Shown here: piece by piece, positions 1 to 8,752 of the stretch | Position numbering within the stretch: position 1 is the first letter of the stretch | Layout of the letters: each line of letters opens with the position of its first letter | IMG/VR virus record: IMGVR_UViG_3300029286_000009 | Coordinates: 124,001-188,000 of that record | Strand: one strand, 5' to 3' | Length of the DNA stretch: 64,000 nt | Position numbers and translations under genes: made by a program | Notes under the pieces: model-generated | Told to the model about the DNA's origin: nothing | Databases searched by the model: none | The model's input: the letters and a program-made list of their open reading frames with translations, nothing else

Positions 1-94
1 TATGGAGCACCTGGTAGGGGCACAACCGGGAACCTGCCTCTAGTCTAAGGGGCGCGCTTAGGGTGGGGCAGCCACCAATAACAGGAGGTGCCCA
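1..94 (+). promoter_or_regulatory. Structured 5' leader (copy A, truncated by window edge) upstream of peptide ORF 95
   Basis: CTGCCTC(34-40)/GGGGCAG(65-71) stem with inner TCTAAG/CTTAGG; GCACCT(7-12) can pair with AGGTGC(86-91), masking SD GGAGG(84-88); same layout as 19373-19502. Confidence 0.6.
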
Positions 95-409
95 ATGGAC
101 TCCTACAACAGCATTGAAGGTTTGGCTCGAACCACAGTGCAGTGGTTCAAACGCCATCGTCGAGCAGTAGTGATCGTGGCAAAGATTCTGTATATTCTCT
201 ATAGAATCTGTAGAATCTATATGTGCGACCCAGACTACTTGATGCGGAGGATGACAGACTCACACTCTGCCATCTGTAGCACCGCCGCCCTTAGCAAAAT
301 CACTTCTTCCATAGTCTCTTCTCCTTTACTTCCCAACAAGATAGGGGTTCCTATACTGGTCTGTTGTTTCTGGGGTAATGATACCTTGTCTCAAAAAGGA
401 ATCTCGTAG
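95..409 (+). CDS. Cationic-hydrophobic peptide, homolog of 19503-19607, with C-terminal extension
   Basis: SD GGAGG; WFKRHRRAVVIVAKILYILYR aligns with WLTRHRRMLLIVVKVILWLVYK. Confidence 0.55.
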   Translation: MDSYNSIEGLARTTVQWFKRHRRAVVIVAKILYILYRICRIYMCDPDYLMRRMTDSHSAICSTAALSKITSSIVSSPLLPNKIGVPILVCCFWGNDTLSQKGIS

Positions 410-595
410 AAGCATCCGAGATAAGTGACCAATTTCGTCCTCGATAAAGAGCAAGTCATTGGTGATGTGTGTTATGTCTTTTCCATCCGCCACCATTCTA
501 AATTTGGACTTTGTGAGGAATCGGTAAGCGAACCAGTTGAGTCGCAGAAGGCTTTTTACCAATAACCGTAACCACCAAGTTAATGGTCGATCCAT
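326..595 (-). CDS. hypothetical protein
   Basis: 89 aa ORF on arm coding strand with purine-rich upstream RBS. Confidence 0.5.
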   Translation of the reverse strand: MDRPLTWWLRLLVKSLLRLNWFAYRFLTKSKFRMVADGKDITHITNDLLFIEDEIGHLSRMLLRDSFLRQGIITPETTDQYRNPYLVGK

Positions 596-622
596 TTTAA
601 TTTTCCTTTCTTTTACATTTTT

Positions 623-708
623 CAGCCAAACGGCGACGGGGAGTTGAACCCCGCCACCTCCGGGTATGAGCCGTTGGTCAGACCGCTTTACCGTTTAGCT
701 GCTCCGCC
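623..708 (-). tRNA. Degenerate tRNA-Met(CAT)-like element
   Basis: Minus strand: T arm CGGGG-TTCAACT-CCCCG, CGG-CTCATAC-CCG anticodon-like arm, fMet-like GGAGCAGC; D arm and acceptor non-canonical, no encoded CCA. Confidence 0.4.
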
Positions 709-1021
709 CTCCTCAGGCTGGCCGGGACCGCGGGGAAAACAGAAACCAAATTTTTTGTTTTGCTGGCGACAATTGGAGTTGGCCACCAGCAGTTTGAAAG
801 GAGACGAAAGAGATAAGTCAAGAACTGGAAGAGGTTTGTGAGACAACCCTCATGTATGTGCTATCTTGATTATCCCGAATATTCATTAAATATACCTTAT
901 TGGGGTAGTGGGACTACCAATAAAGGCATATTAGAAAGGGTACATGCGTAATTAACTTAGGTAGGGGCCTCTACATAAGAGACTCCTACTCTTTCGGAAC
1001 GTCTTTTTCTAGGATGATTAG

Positions 1022-1312
1022 TTACTGCATAAACTGAAGATTGACAGTCATCTGGGGTTCTTCTCCATTGTGTTTTTTAGCTTCCATGTCTGCTCCTTGC
1101 TGGATTCCGACTAGGAAGATTGATTGCATCGCCAAGGCCAGCGGAATATCAAGTTTAGTAGTTAACTCAAGTGCACGTCTGGCAAGATATTCTGCCCACC
1201 GCATTCCTTCTTGGTCTAGAAGGTTCTGGGCGTTTTTCCTGGTTTCAACGAAACTCTCATTCTTCAGTTTTTTTTCCAGTGTCATAATATCGTTAATTGT
1301 GAATTTTGGCAC
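1022..1312 (-). CDS. hypothetical protein
   Basis: 96 aa ORF, SD GGAGG upstream. Confidence 0.6.
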   Translation of the reverse strand: MPKFTINDIMTLEKKLKNESFVETRKNAQNLLDQEGMRWAEYLARRALELTTKLDIPLALAMQSIFLVGIQQGADMEAKKHNGEEPQMTVNLQFMQ

Positions 1313-1313
1313 T

Positions 1314-1580
1314 TTACCTCCGTTCTCCGGGCGGGTTCTTTTGCAAGAGGTTTAGCCTCACCCATAGTTCTGCATGCTCTTTTTGCACTACTTCTTCAAT
1401 TTTGTCGAGCTTATAGTCAATATAGGCGGCTTCATAGCCTGCGGTTCTTCCACTAATCCTACCTATTGTAGCACCAATTGACAAGCTCAGAACGAGAATG
1501 ATTAGAACTAAGAGACTTACGTCGTTATCATTCCACATGCGACCTCCTACTTTTTGACTACCGGGTCGTACTTGAGCCAC
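1314..1580 (-). CDS. Single-pass membrane protein
   Basis: Hydrophobic stretch VSLLVLIILVLSLSIGATIG. Confidence 0.55.
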   Translation of the reverse strand: MAQVRPGSQKVGGRMWNDNDVSLLVLIILVLSLSIGATIGRISGRTAGYEAAYIDYKLDKIEEVVQKEHAELWVRLNLLQKNPPGERR

Positions 1581-2470
1581 GTAAATTCATCCGGGTTTTC
1601 GGCATCATTCCACGAAGGATGTGACCCATTCATTTCCTTGATATCTTGCAGGTTGTCCAGCAAGCACTGTTTAAATGCAAGTATTTGACTTACCTTGGAC
1701 GCACTGGAATAGTTCCACACAGCAACAATATTGCGGGGAGCTGCAGTAATGATACCCATGGCCCCAAGCTTGGGGTAGTTGAGCTTCACGAGCTTGTAAG
1801 GCTCACCTAGTTTTTTCACGTAGCTTTCATCCAGACTGGCAAGCGTGAAAGTGTTTGGGTCAAGATCATCTATCCACTCGATAGGCCACCCAGCTGTAGC
1901 AAACACTGCTACGACTTCGCCGCTCTTTAGCATGCCCGTAGCCTCTGCGGGGGACTTCATCCTTACCAACTGCAGCCCTGCCTGAAGTCTTTCGTTCAGA
2001 AATTCTCCGGTTACAATCGCACTACCAAAACATCCAATCTTTTTGCCGCGTAGATCACGCAAATCTTGAATGACCATTCGGTTGTCGCCACCTATCCCTA
2101 TACGACTGAACCACCCACCTTTGGAAGCACTCCCGTCTTTCATGATTACAATGTGTAATGAGTTATAGTGCAGACCCACTAACCCACGCACGTTCTTGGC
2201 TACATTGGGATCAGTACGCCGTGCCATTTCCATAACATCCTCAGGTACGATACCCATGTTGACCTTCTTTGTCATTATGAGGTTGAGGTTGTCGAATCCA
2301 CCCGTAGTGTCATTATATTCTTTGACCATCGGACAATAGGTGGCGAGGTTTCGAAACATCATTGAATAGGTTGCTTTGGGATTCCCAGTAGCAAGGGTCA
2401 GGGGATCCTCAGCAAACGCACCTGTAAAGGTAATGGCTACCAACATAACTACCACAATCAAGCTTTTCAT
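1547..2470 (-). CDS. TAXI-family TRAP transporter solute-binding protein
   Basis: Signal peptide; LTLATGNPKATY, TTGGFDNLNLI, VNMGIVPEDV, LVGLHYNSLHIV motifs typical of TAXI SBPs. Confidence 0.75.
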   Translation of the reverse strand: MKSLIVVVMLVAITFTGAFAEDPLTLATGNPKATYSMMFRNLATYCPMVKEYNDTTGGFDNLNLIMTKKVNMGIVPEDVMEMARRTDPNVAKNVRGLVGLHYNSLHIVIMKDGSASKGGWFSRIGIGGDNRMVIQDLRDLRGKKIGCFGSAIVTGEFLNERLQAGLQLVRMKSPAEATGMLKSGEVVAVFATAGWPIEWIDDLDPNTFTLASLDESYVKKLGEPYKLVKLNYPKLGAMGIITAAPRNIVAVWNYSSASKVSQILAFKQCLLDNLQDIKEMNGSHPSWNDAENPDEFTWLKYDPVVKK

Positions 2471-2712
2471 TTTTCTTCTTCCTTTTTCTTGTTTGTTCTG
2501 AGCAAGGGGAAATATTCTTCCCTGGGTCTGTCGTGAAAGAGATCGAAATCAGTTTCGTCCAAGAATTTATTTAGATTTTCTGGAGAGCTAAAAACTTTCT
2601 CTATGTAGTCCTCCATTTCCTTCTCCCACGCAGGTTTAATTATGCTGCTCTTCGTCCGCATAACCACCTCAGTCTTCTTGCAAGAGCATACCAATTGCGA
2701 TTGCAATCGCAA
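2467..2712 (-). CDS. hypothetical protein
   Basis: ORF overlapping neighbour by 4 nt; true start probably downstream. Confidence 0.45.
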   Translation of the reverse strand: MRLQSQLVCSCKKTEVVMRTKSSIIKPAWEKEMEDYIEKVFSSPENLNKFLDETDFDLFHDRPREEYFPLLRTNKKKEEEK

Positions 2713-2753
2713 CAGTAACTATCACACCAATTATGATATCAGGCATTTTTCGA

Positions 2754-2891
2754 TTACCTCCTAAACATTGATGAGGGTTGGTCGGCTGAACGGGGTGTGG
2801 GGTTGTCGGGGGCAGAAAGTACGAGTAGTAGGCATACTAGTGCGACTGCTATTACACCAGCGATACGAAACCATTTCCAAAATGTAGTCAT
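2754..2891 (-). CDS. Small membrane peptide (45 aa, below ORF-track cutoff)
   Basis: Read by hand: MTTFWKWFRIAGVIAVALVCLLLVLSAP...; ATGA overlap with 2888-3637. Confidence 0.55.
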   Translation of the reverse strand: MTTFWKWFRIAGVIAVALVCLLLVLSAPDNPTPRSADQPSSMFRR

Positions 2892-3637
2892 CCAAGGTTC
2901 CTTTCGACTGTCTTAGGTTTAAGCAACTCCTCCAAGTTGGTGTGAGTAGTTTCAATTTGTTCTGCTTGGGACAGCACACTCTTAACTTCTAGCTCTCCGA
3001 ATATCTTATCAAACTGTTCAGAAACTGACTTAAGTGCTTCATCGGTAAGGAGCTGCTGCATCGCATCCCCTTCAGCTCCCTCGACACTCGCCATAGCTGT
3101 TTTGCCCGCCTCTACGAACGTGAGCTCAAAACGTTTACGTTCTATTTCTTTCTCATAATCCTTACACGCTTGTACAGCGGACTGAAGTTTTGTCATATTG
3201 GTAGCGTGAAACATCTGCATTGCAGCTAGAGACTTTCGGGGGATCGCGAGGTCGTGGTCAGGGTCGCGGTGAACTTCGTCATCGAGCATCCGTTCCATAG
3301 TCTTAACGATCCCACCAATACGTCCAAGGGCCCCCTCAGTAACTTTTATCTGTTCTTTTCGCTTGAGCAGAGTATTCTGTAGCTGCTCAATGGGGTTCGT
3401 GCGGGCTTCGGACTTGCGGGCAGATAGAATTGCATTTTCCCATTTCTGTCCTAGCATGGGCAAAGCAGAGAACAGCCCAAATCCCAAAATGCCCACAATC
3501 CCGATTCCCAATAAACCTAGTCCTGCCAGAAAGGCAGAGTAGATAATTGGGAGCAAGATTGCTAGTCCGGCGATACCGCCAAGGATAGCTATTCCTCTTA
3601 CCAACAGTTTTTGTTTTTTCTCATCCATTTGTAGCAT
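2888..3637 (-). CDS. Membrane-anchored coiled-coil protein, PspA/IM30-like
   Basis: Two N-terminal TM helices followed by long heptad-rich helical region. Confidence 0.55.
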   Translation of the reverse strand: MLQMDEKKQKLLVRGIAILGGIAGLAILLPIIYSAFLAGLGLLGIGIVGILGFGLFSALPMLGQKWENAILSARKSEARTNPIEQLQNTLLKRKEQIKVTEGALGRIGGIVKTMERMLDDEVHRDPDHDLAIPRKSLAAMQMFHATNMTKLQSAVQACKDYEKEIERKRFELTFVEAGKTAMASVEGAEGDAMQQLLTDEALKSVSEQFDKIFGELEVKSVLSQAEQIETTHTNLEELLKPKTVERNLG

Positions 3638-3809
3638 TCACCTCCGTAGATTCAACGACTCCGTCCCAATGGCCCCGGTAGTAAGCTCTTCGTGCTATTC
3701 TTTCAACAATGTGCATCACCAAGTCCTCACAGTTTGCCGGATCCAGCTCTTCGTGTACCATCTTATTGCACCACTCTCTTGTCTCGTCAAACCTAGACAT
3801 TTTATCTCC

Positions 3810-4028
3810 TTATTCTTTGGGTGAAAATCTTTCGCAATTTCCGTAGTAGTTATCGTTGCAGGATGCCCAAGTGACTTCTCCAGTTCTGCAGTCGATATTT
3901 TTCTTAGAATGACACTCCCAAAAGCAACTATGTTTAGCTTTCCAGTGGAACGGCCACATGAATGTTGTATTCCCCGCAAACTTGCACTCTATGCATAACG
4001 TTTTGCATATAGGTGTTGCTATTTCCAT
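3810..4028 (-). CDS. Cys-rich hypothetical protein
   Basis: CIECK...C...C motifs. Confidence 0.5.
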   Translation of the reverse strand: MEIATPICKTLCIECKFAGNTTFMWPFHWKAKHSCFWECHSKKNIDCRTGEVTWASCNDNYYGNCERFSPKE

Positions 4029-4029
4029 A

Positions 4030-4290
4030 TCATTTCTCCGTGTTGATTTCTCTATTCCTTCTAGCCCATGCTAGAAATTGTGGTACCGTGCCATAAAATA
4101 CATCCTCGTCTTCGTCGCGTACACACACATGCGGGTCTATCCTGTTACCTTCGCAGTCTACGTCTGCTACCGATACGCAAAAGTCCATCGGGTCTCCAAC
4201 GTAGACCGCTACGTCGCGGTCGTTTATTTCTCTTACATAAGGTTTGTCCTCGTCCGTGTATATCGTAACTGTTACCATGTACCTCCTCAC
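4030..4290 (-). CDS. hypothetical protein
   Basis: SD GAGG, coupled to neighbours. Confidence 0.55.
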   Translation of the reverse strand: MRRYMVTVTIYTDEDKPYVREINDRDVAVYVGDPMDFCVSVADVDCEGNRIDPHVCVRDEDEDVFYGTVPQFLAWARRNREINTEK

Positions 4291-4628
4291 AGAACCTCAA
4301 CGGATATTTGTGCATCTGAAGACATTTCATTAAGTTCTTTTTCCACTTGGTCTAGCAGATAGGCCAGATGACACAATATTCGTTTTACGTCATCGGGCAA
4401 GTCTACTTCCGGATCAAAGCCTCCGCGGGCGTCTAGTATGCAAGCTTGGATGCCCCCCTTCTTGACTTTAGGACACACTGCCGGTCCGAGTGCACGAGCA
4501 GTCTTACTGGCTTGCTTCTTTAGCTCATTTACAAAATGAACAATGAGAACAATCTCTGGATAAGAATGATGGGTTTTAAATAGGTAATTTTCCAGATGTT
4601 CCCACATTTGTTTATAATCAAGTTCCAT
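4287..4628 (-). CDS. hypothetical protein
   Basis: 113 aa, coupled ORF. Confidence 0.55.
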   Translation of the reverse strand: MELDYKQMWEHLENYLFKTHHSYPEIVLIVHFVNELKKQASKTARALGPAVCPKVKKGGIQACILDARGGFDPEVDLPDDVKRILCHLAYLLDQVEKELNEMSSDAQISVEVL

Positions 4629-5181
4629 CTTCTAGTTCCCTTTTTGTCCATGAATCCTTTTCGTCATAATCAAAAACAAATCTACCCTTCTCTGTCTTGC
4701 CTATCATTTTTACTCTTGGTATCCCCGCAGTCTCCAATGTTTTGTCTTTTCTGTTAACAATAAAGTCTACTCTGCAGTGCTCGCACATTACCAAATACCC
4801 CTCGGGCTTGTTGACATAAGCTATCTTGGACCAGCTGCGCCGCCCCTTTGTGTCTTGTCCACAATAAGGGCATGTTACTGTTGCTCTTGGTGTGCCCCAT
4901 TTATCCCAAGTAAAGTCCGGGTCTAATTGAGGGGGTAGTAAAGGTGGGATGCCAATTATAGCCCGTAACTCATCAGGTGAAATTTTACCCGTTTCACAAT
5001 GCCAGTGGTGATCAGCACACAGTGATGCACCGTTGCTAAGGTAATAACCACCATCTGGCCACAGTGCTCTGTCTATTATATGATGGGCATCCACAGGGGG
5101 TTCTCCACAAATGACACACTTACAGTTATCTCGGTTAAATACGGCTTCCTTGAACTTTTCTCGTGTCAGTAATTCTTCCAC
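4618..5181 (-). CDS. HNH endonuclease with C-terminal Zn ribbon
   Basis: RDNCKCVICG..DAHHII..NGASLCADHH; CPYC/CEHC. Confidence 0.75.
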   Translation of the reverse strand: MEELLTREKFKEAVFNRDNCKCVICGEPPVDAHHIIDRALWPDGGYYLSNGASLCADHHWHCETGKISPDELRAIIGIPPLLPPQLDPDFTWDKWGTPRATVTCPYCGQDTKGRRSWSKIAYVNKPEGYLVMCEHCRVDFIVNRKDKTLETAGIPRVKMIGKTEKGRFVFDYDEKDSWTKRELEDGT

Positions 5182-5383
5182 TATTTTTGATCCCCTTTTT
5201 CTGTACCCCGTGTTCGTTTGTAGTATTACTCAGCTGCAGTGAGGAACAGGGTGTATTAGCTCTGCCACAATATCACCCTAGGTATCTTTCCATTCTCCGT
5301 CCGTTATTGGGTCTGCCCCGAAACAAGATTTTACTTCTTCAAAAGTCATTACTAACTCTCTCTTGATCTGTATCTTGTGTAGA

Positions 5384-5635
5384 CTACTTTGATTCCTCCC
5401 GTATTTCTGCTAATCTTTTGTTTACATGATCCTGCATGTTCACATATGCGTCACTGTAACCCAGCTTGTAAGCCATTATCATCATTGGATAGGCCACAGT
5501 ACCTCTTCGTTCCATCGATGCTTCGAGCCCAATCGCTTCTTCCAGCAATGCCAACATTTTTTCGTGTACTTCAGATTCGTATGGCACCTTTAATCCTCCT
5601 CGGGCACACGGCTTATGTATCCGCAGTTCGGGCAT
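5384..5635 (-). CDS. hypothetical protein
   Basis: 83 aa ORF on arm strand. Confidence 0.5.
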   Translation of the reverse strand: MPELRIHKPCARGGLKVPYESEVHEKMLALLEEAIGLEASMERRGTVAYPMMIMAYKLGYSDAYVNMQDHVNKRLAEIREESK

Positions 5636-5964
5636 TTACACAGGTCCTCAACTTGGTATAAGAAGGTCGCATCTAACATTACATGAAAGCCACAGCTTGG
5701 GCATTCATACGGGCCTTCTAGTTCACACTTTTCTACTTCAACGGGTAGCCATATTCCAGCTGGTGTGTGTAGTTCGTGGTACCAACTTATTGCTCGATAA
5801 ACGGATTGAGCCAAATCTTTAAAATCTTCTTTCATATCTATATGTCCTCTGCCCCACGATTGGCGCAGAAACCTATCTAATACTGCTACACACTGTGCAT
5901 CGGTTAAGATTTGCTCTTCACCTTCAGAATCCAAAAAGTCAGTATTTTCCGTGTCTGAATCCAT
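5590..5964 (-). CDS. Zn-ribbon hypothetical protein
   Basis: CPSCG and CPNCG; SD GGAGG. Confidence 0.6.
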   Translation of the reverse strand: MDSDTENTDFLDSEGEEQILTDAQCVAVLDRFLRQSWGRGHIDMKEDFKDLAQSVYRAISWYHELHTPAGIWLPVEVEKCELEGPYECPSCGFHVMLDATFLYQVEDLCKCPNCGYISRVPEED

Positions 5965-6091
5965 ATAATTTAAGCCTCCTTGCTACTTCTTTCTCTGAAA
6001 ACGTGCCCCCGCACCCGTAGTAAAGGTCTACCCAATCAGCCCTGTAATCGGAATACCAGTACGGAATATATTGGTAAACCTTTGTCTAATT

Positions 6092-6316
6092 TCATACGTC
6101 TTTCCTTTTAATCACCCATTTGTAACGTAGGATACATTCTACGCCAATTGAGTGAAGGACTGCGGGGCGGACCCAGTTAGCTGTCTGGTCAATCCATACC
6201 TGTTGATCTTCTGCCTTTAAGTATATGCTGTATTGATCAACATCTTCTGCATTGGCAATCTTTTCGCCAGCACGCAAGTAAGGAAGCATTTCGTCAAATG
6301 TAAGATACTCTGTCAT
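6092..6316 (-). CDS. Tad2/DUF2829-like small protein
   Basis: LTFDEMLPYLRAGEKI...ECILRYKWVI matches the F-x-E-x-L-x(4)-G...W-x-I frame. Confidence 0.4.
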   Translation of the reverse strand: MTEYLTFDEMLPYLRAGEKIANAEDVDQYSIYLKAEDQQVWIDQTANWVRPAVLHSIGVECILRYKWVIKRKDV

Positions 6317-6470
6317 CTACTATTTCCCCCACTTTAAATTGTTGATTTTGAACCATAAGAATGTCGTATGTCAGTATAAGTGCACTTCTCACTTTACCGA
6401 TATCCTTTGGTTTAATGCCCCCGAATTTATTCGTGGGGAGTAGTCACACATGGTAGAACTTCTATGAAGA

Positions 6471-6689
6471 TTACATTTTTTTTCTCCGTTTTCCCACATT
6501 CCAATCACCTGTAATTACTTCTTCCCATGAGAGGCTGCTACTCGCACCTCTGAGCTTTCGACCACGATCGAACCGGCGGTAGCCCAACCGATAGTCACTT
6601 CTCAGATAATACTCAGTTACAATTGCACCAATAACTACGTGAACTACCTCACCACGGATAAGGTTTGGCATTATTTCTTCAAACTTCAC
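6471..6689 (-). CDS. Tad2/DUF2829-like small protein
   Basis: MKFEEIMPNLIRGEVV...LSWEEVITGDWNV. Confidence 0.4.
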   Translation of the reverse strand: MKFEEIMPNLIRGEVVHVVIGAIVTEYYLRSDYRLGYRRFDRGRKLRGASSSLSWEEVITGDWNVGKRRKKM

Positions 6690-6898
6690 TTTTCGCTCCC
6701 GCTCTCCCTCTTACGCAAAGATTCTTTTGATGTCGGTCCGACTCGAATGTGTGCGAATTCTGTGTTTTCAAACCAGATAAAACTTCCATCTGTAAACCCA
6801 ATGCGGATAACATCATCATCGGCTGCTTCACTTCCGTTTATCTTCGTTGAAGAAATTGTTTTGCCTATAATTTGGTTTAATTTATTTTGATTTTCCAT
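6686..6898 (-). CDS. hypothetical protein
   Basis: SD GAAGGAG, coupled. Confidence 0.55.
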   Translation of the reverse strand: MENQNKLNQIIGKTISSTKINGSEAADDDVIRIGFTDGSFIWFENTEFAHIRVGPTSKESLRKRESGSEK

Positions 6899-6951
6899 CT
6901 TATCTCCTTCAGTAAACTGTTAATTGTTGCTCGCGAAGTTCTTTCTGAATT

Positions 6952-7509
6952 TCAGGGCTTTTCCATCTCCGCAGCTATATCTGCTAAATTACATAAATCA
7001 ATGGTATCAGCAGCATAAGCAGCAGCACGAGCAGCATAAGCAGCAGCACGAGCAGCATTGGTGGCGAGATATTCTCTTGCCGCCTTAATCGCTTTGCGTG
7101 GGCGGTCGTCGGATGGGTATTTAGTCTCGAAGATCGAAAGCACCGCCTCGGCACAGAGCACAGCAAACTGTATCCGCATACACTGTCGCTTCTTGTTGTC
7201 CAGATACCAATCCGGCAATTTGAGACGTTGCGTTGTTGTCAAGACAAAGCAGCCTACTTTCCCCCAATCCTCAATGACGATCTCGCCTTCTGCTTCCCAC
7301 AAAAGAGGCTTCTGGATATTAGCGTGGAGCGGGTTTAATAGCAAAGCTAGATTGCTGTTACGGTAAGCGTGTACAACATCCACAGAGCATAGTTGCGGAT
7401 CGACACACACCGGGAGTTTTAGTGTTTTACCGGAGTACCACTGCGTTTCTCCGGGCTTCTTACGTTGAGTATACCCTTCTTGGTCAGTTAACTTGTATAG
7501 TGTAACCAT
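6952..7509 (-). CDS. Conserved phage protein (DUF7666-like N-terminus, DRPRKAI..AR helical C-terminus); paralog of 31465-32169
   Basis: LYKLT..W..G..LCS..HAY..LNP.H..WEAEG..DWGKVGC shared with 31465 gene. Confidence 0.6.
   Translation of the reverse strand: MVTLYKLTDQEGYTQRKKPGETQWYSGKTLKLPVCVDPQLCSVDVVHAYRNSNLALLLNPLHANIQKPLLWEAEGEIVIEDWGKVGCFVLTTTQRLKLPDWYLDNKKRQCMRIQFAVLCAEAVLSIFETKYPSDDRPRKAIKAAREYLATNAARAAAYAARAAAYAADTIDLCNLADIAAEMEKP
7009..7058. repeat. 21-bp tandem repeat, 2.4 copies
   Basis: AGCAGCATAAGCAGCAGCACG x2 plus partial; encodes ARAAAYA repeats. Confidence 0.9.
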
Positions 7510-7700
7510 TTGGTGCGCAAATCCTTTCTAACTGGGATCGAATCGTTTACTAACATAAAGAACGTGTTTTCGAGTTTGTCATTAAACAAACAAAACTCAA
7601 ATATTGTGCCTATTGGTTGATTCTGTGCCCACACATTTTCCCGGCTCACTGGAATACCGTCTCCTTGCTCAATAGGTAAAATTAATACGGAATTATGCAC
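7488..7700 (-). CDS. hypothetical protein
   Basis: 70 aa ORF. Confidence 0.4.
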   Translation of the reverse strand: MHNSVLILPIEQGDGIPVSRENVWAQNQPIGTIFEFCLFNDKLENTFFMLVNDSIPVRKDLRTKWLHYTS

Positions 7701-7760
7701 TTGGCAAAATCACATCTTAAGCTTATAATTCCACAGTTTTCTTGCGCTGGGGTGACCTGC

Positions 7761-8549
7761 CTACGCGCTTCTAATCCGTCCCCAAAATATCAGATCTTCG
7801 ACATCCTTTTTGTCCGCGTACCAGCATTTCCCTACTGCATCTTTTACCCAAATCTGCTCCAAGTCTGATGTCAAGACGCTTAATTGTGCAGGCTTCCAAT
7901 ATATCTCAGTATGTGAGTCCCCAGGTGCAAGTAATTTGGGTAGGTCATAGGGAGGGAGAAAGGTAAAACGATCACCGTCCGTTCTTGCCTGTCTCCATTT
8001 TCCTCCAACCGTATTCACTGTGATAGGGTGACGACCAACATTCGTGATTGCCACCTGCAAACAGTGTTGGGGCTCGCCTATTGGCATACCGTCGAGAGCG
8101 TGCTGACTGACCCCAAACTTGGCATCAACCTTTCTATTGTGAAGATATTCTCGAATGAGGGATTCTAGTTGTATTTCCATGATTTTGCCAACTGTATGCA
8201 AGTGTACATCCAGGGGCTGATGCTTGTCTAGATTCTCAAAAAGTTCATCAGGAGCATCAATTACTAAATTGCCTACGATTGTTATTGGGGACGTATACCC
8301 CCTAAAGATTATCTCAGTGAATTTTTCATTTCTAACATCTTTTGGGACTGCTGATGGGGGATGTAAATATTTAATATTACAAACTTCACAGTAATACCCG
8401 GTTGGTTGGTTTTCGTGTGGAAGTCCTGTTCCTGTGGGTGCACCGAACGGTGGTCTCCAAAGCCATTCTTGTTCCAGTCTCCCCCCGCAATTACACTTTG
8501 GCGAGTCAGGCCCCTCGACCAGTTTGTCAGATCCTCCAGGTGTTTGCAT
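7761..8549 (-). CDS. hypothetical protein with N-terminal Zn finger
   Basis: 262 aa; CNCG/CEVC. Confidence 0.6.
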   Translation of the reverse strand: MQTPGGSDKLVEGPDSPKCNCGGRLEQEWLWRPPFGAPTGTGLPHENQPTGYYCEVCNIKYLHPPSAVPKDVRNEKFTEIIFRGYTSPITIVGNLVIDAPDELFENLDKHQPLDVHLHTVGKIMEIQLESLIREYLHNRKVDAKFGVSQHALDGMPIGEPQHCLQVAITNVGRHPITVNTVGGKWRQARTDGDRFTFLPPYDLPKLLAPGDSHTEIYWKPAQLSVLTSDLEQIWVKDAVGKCWYADKKDVEDLIFWGRIRSA

Positions 8550-8752
8550 AACTTTTGCTCCTTTCTTTTCTCAGTTTGCTTTCCCTTATTTCTCGCTAGA
8601 GAACCACAAGTAGTTTACAAGTGAGTAAAGTATCAGTGTTCCCAGAATGGCACCCGAAGGTAATGCATTAGTAGCCATTAGTGCTCCCACCCGCAAAATG
8701 CTTGCCCGCGTAATATTGCCTACTTGCGTTGTGTGAATTTGAATGGGTGTAA

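Noticed and set aside
860-960. Nested hairpin (TATTGG/CCAATA around GGTAGT/ACTACC) as an ncRNA
   Set aside because: Single copy with no supporting motif; could be a terminator or chance
7009-7058. 21-bp tandem repeat as a regulatory array
   Set aside because: In-frame coding repeat (ARAAAYA) typical of this protein family
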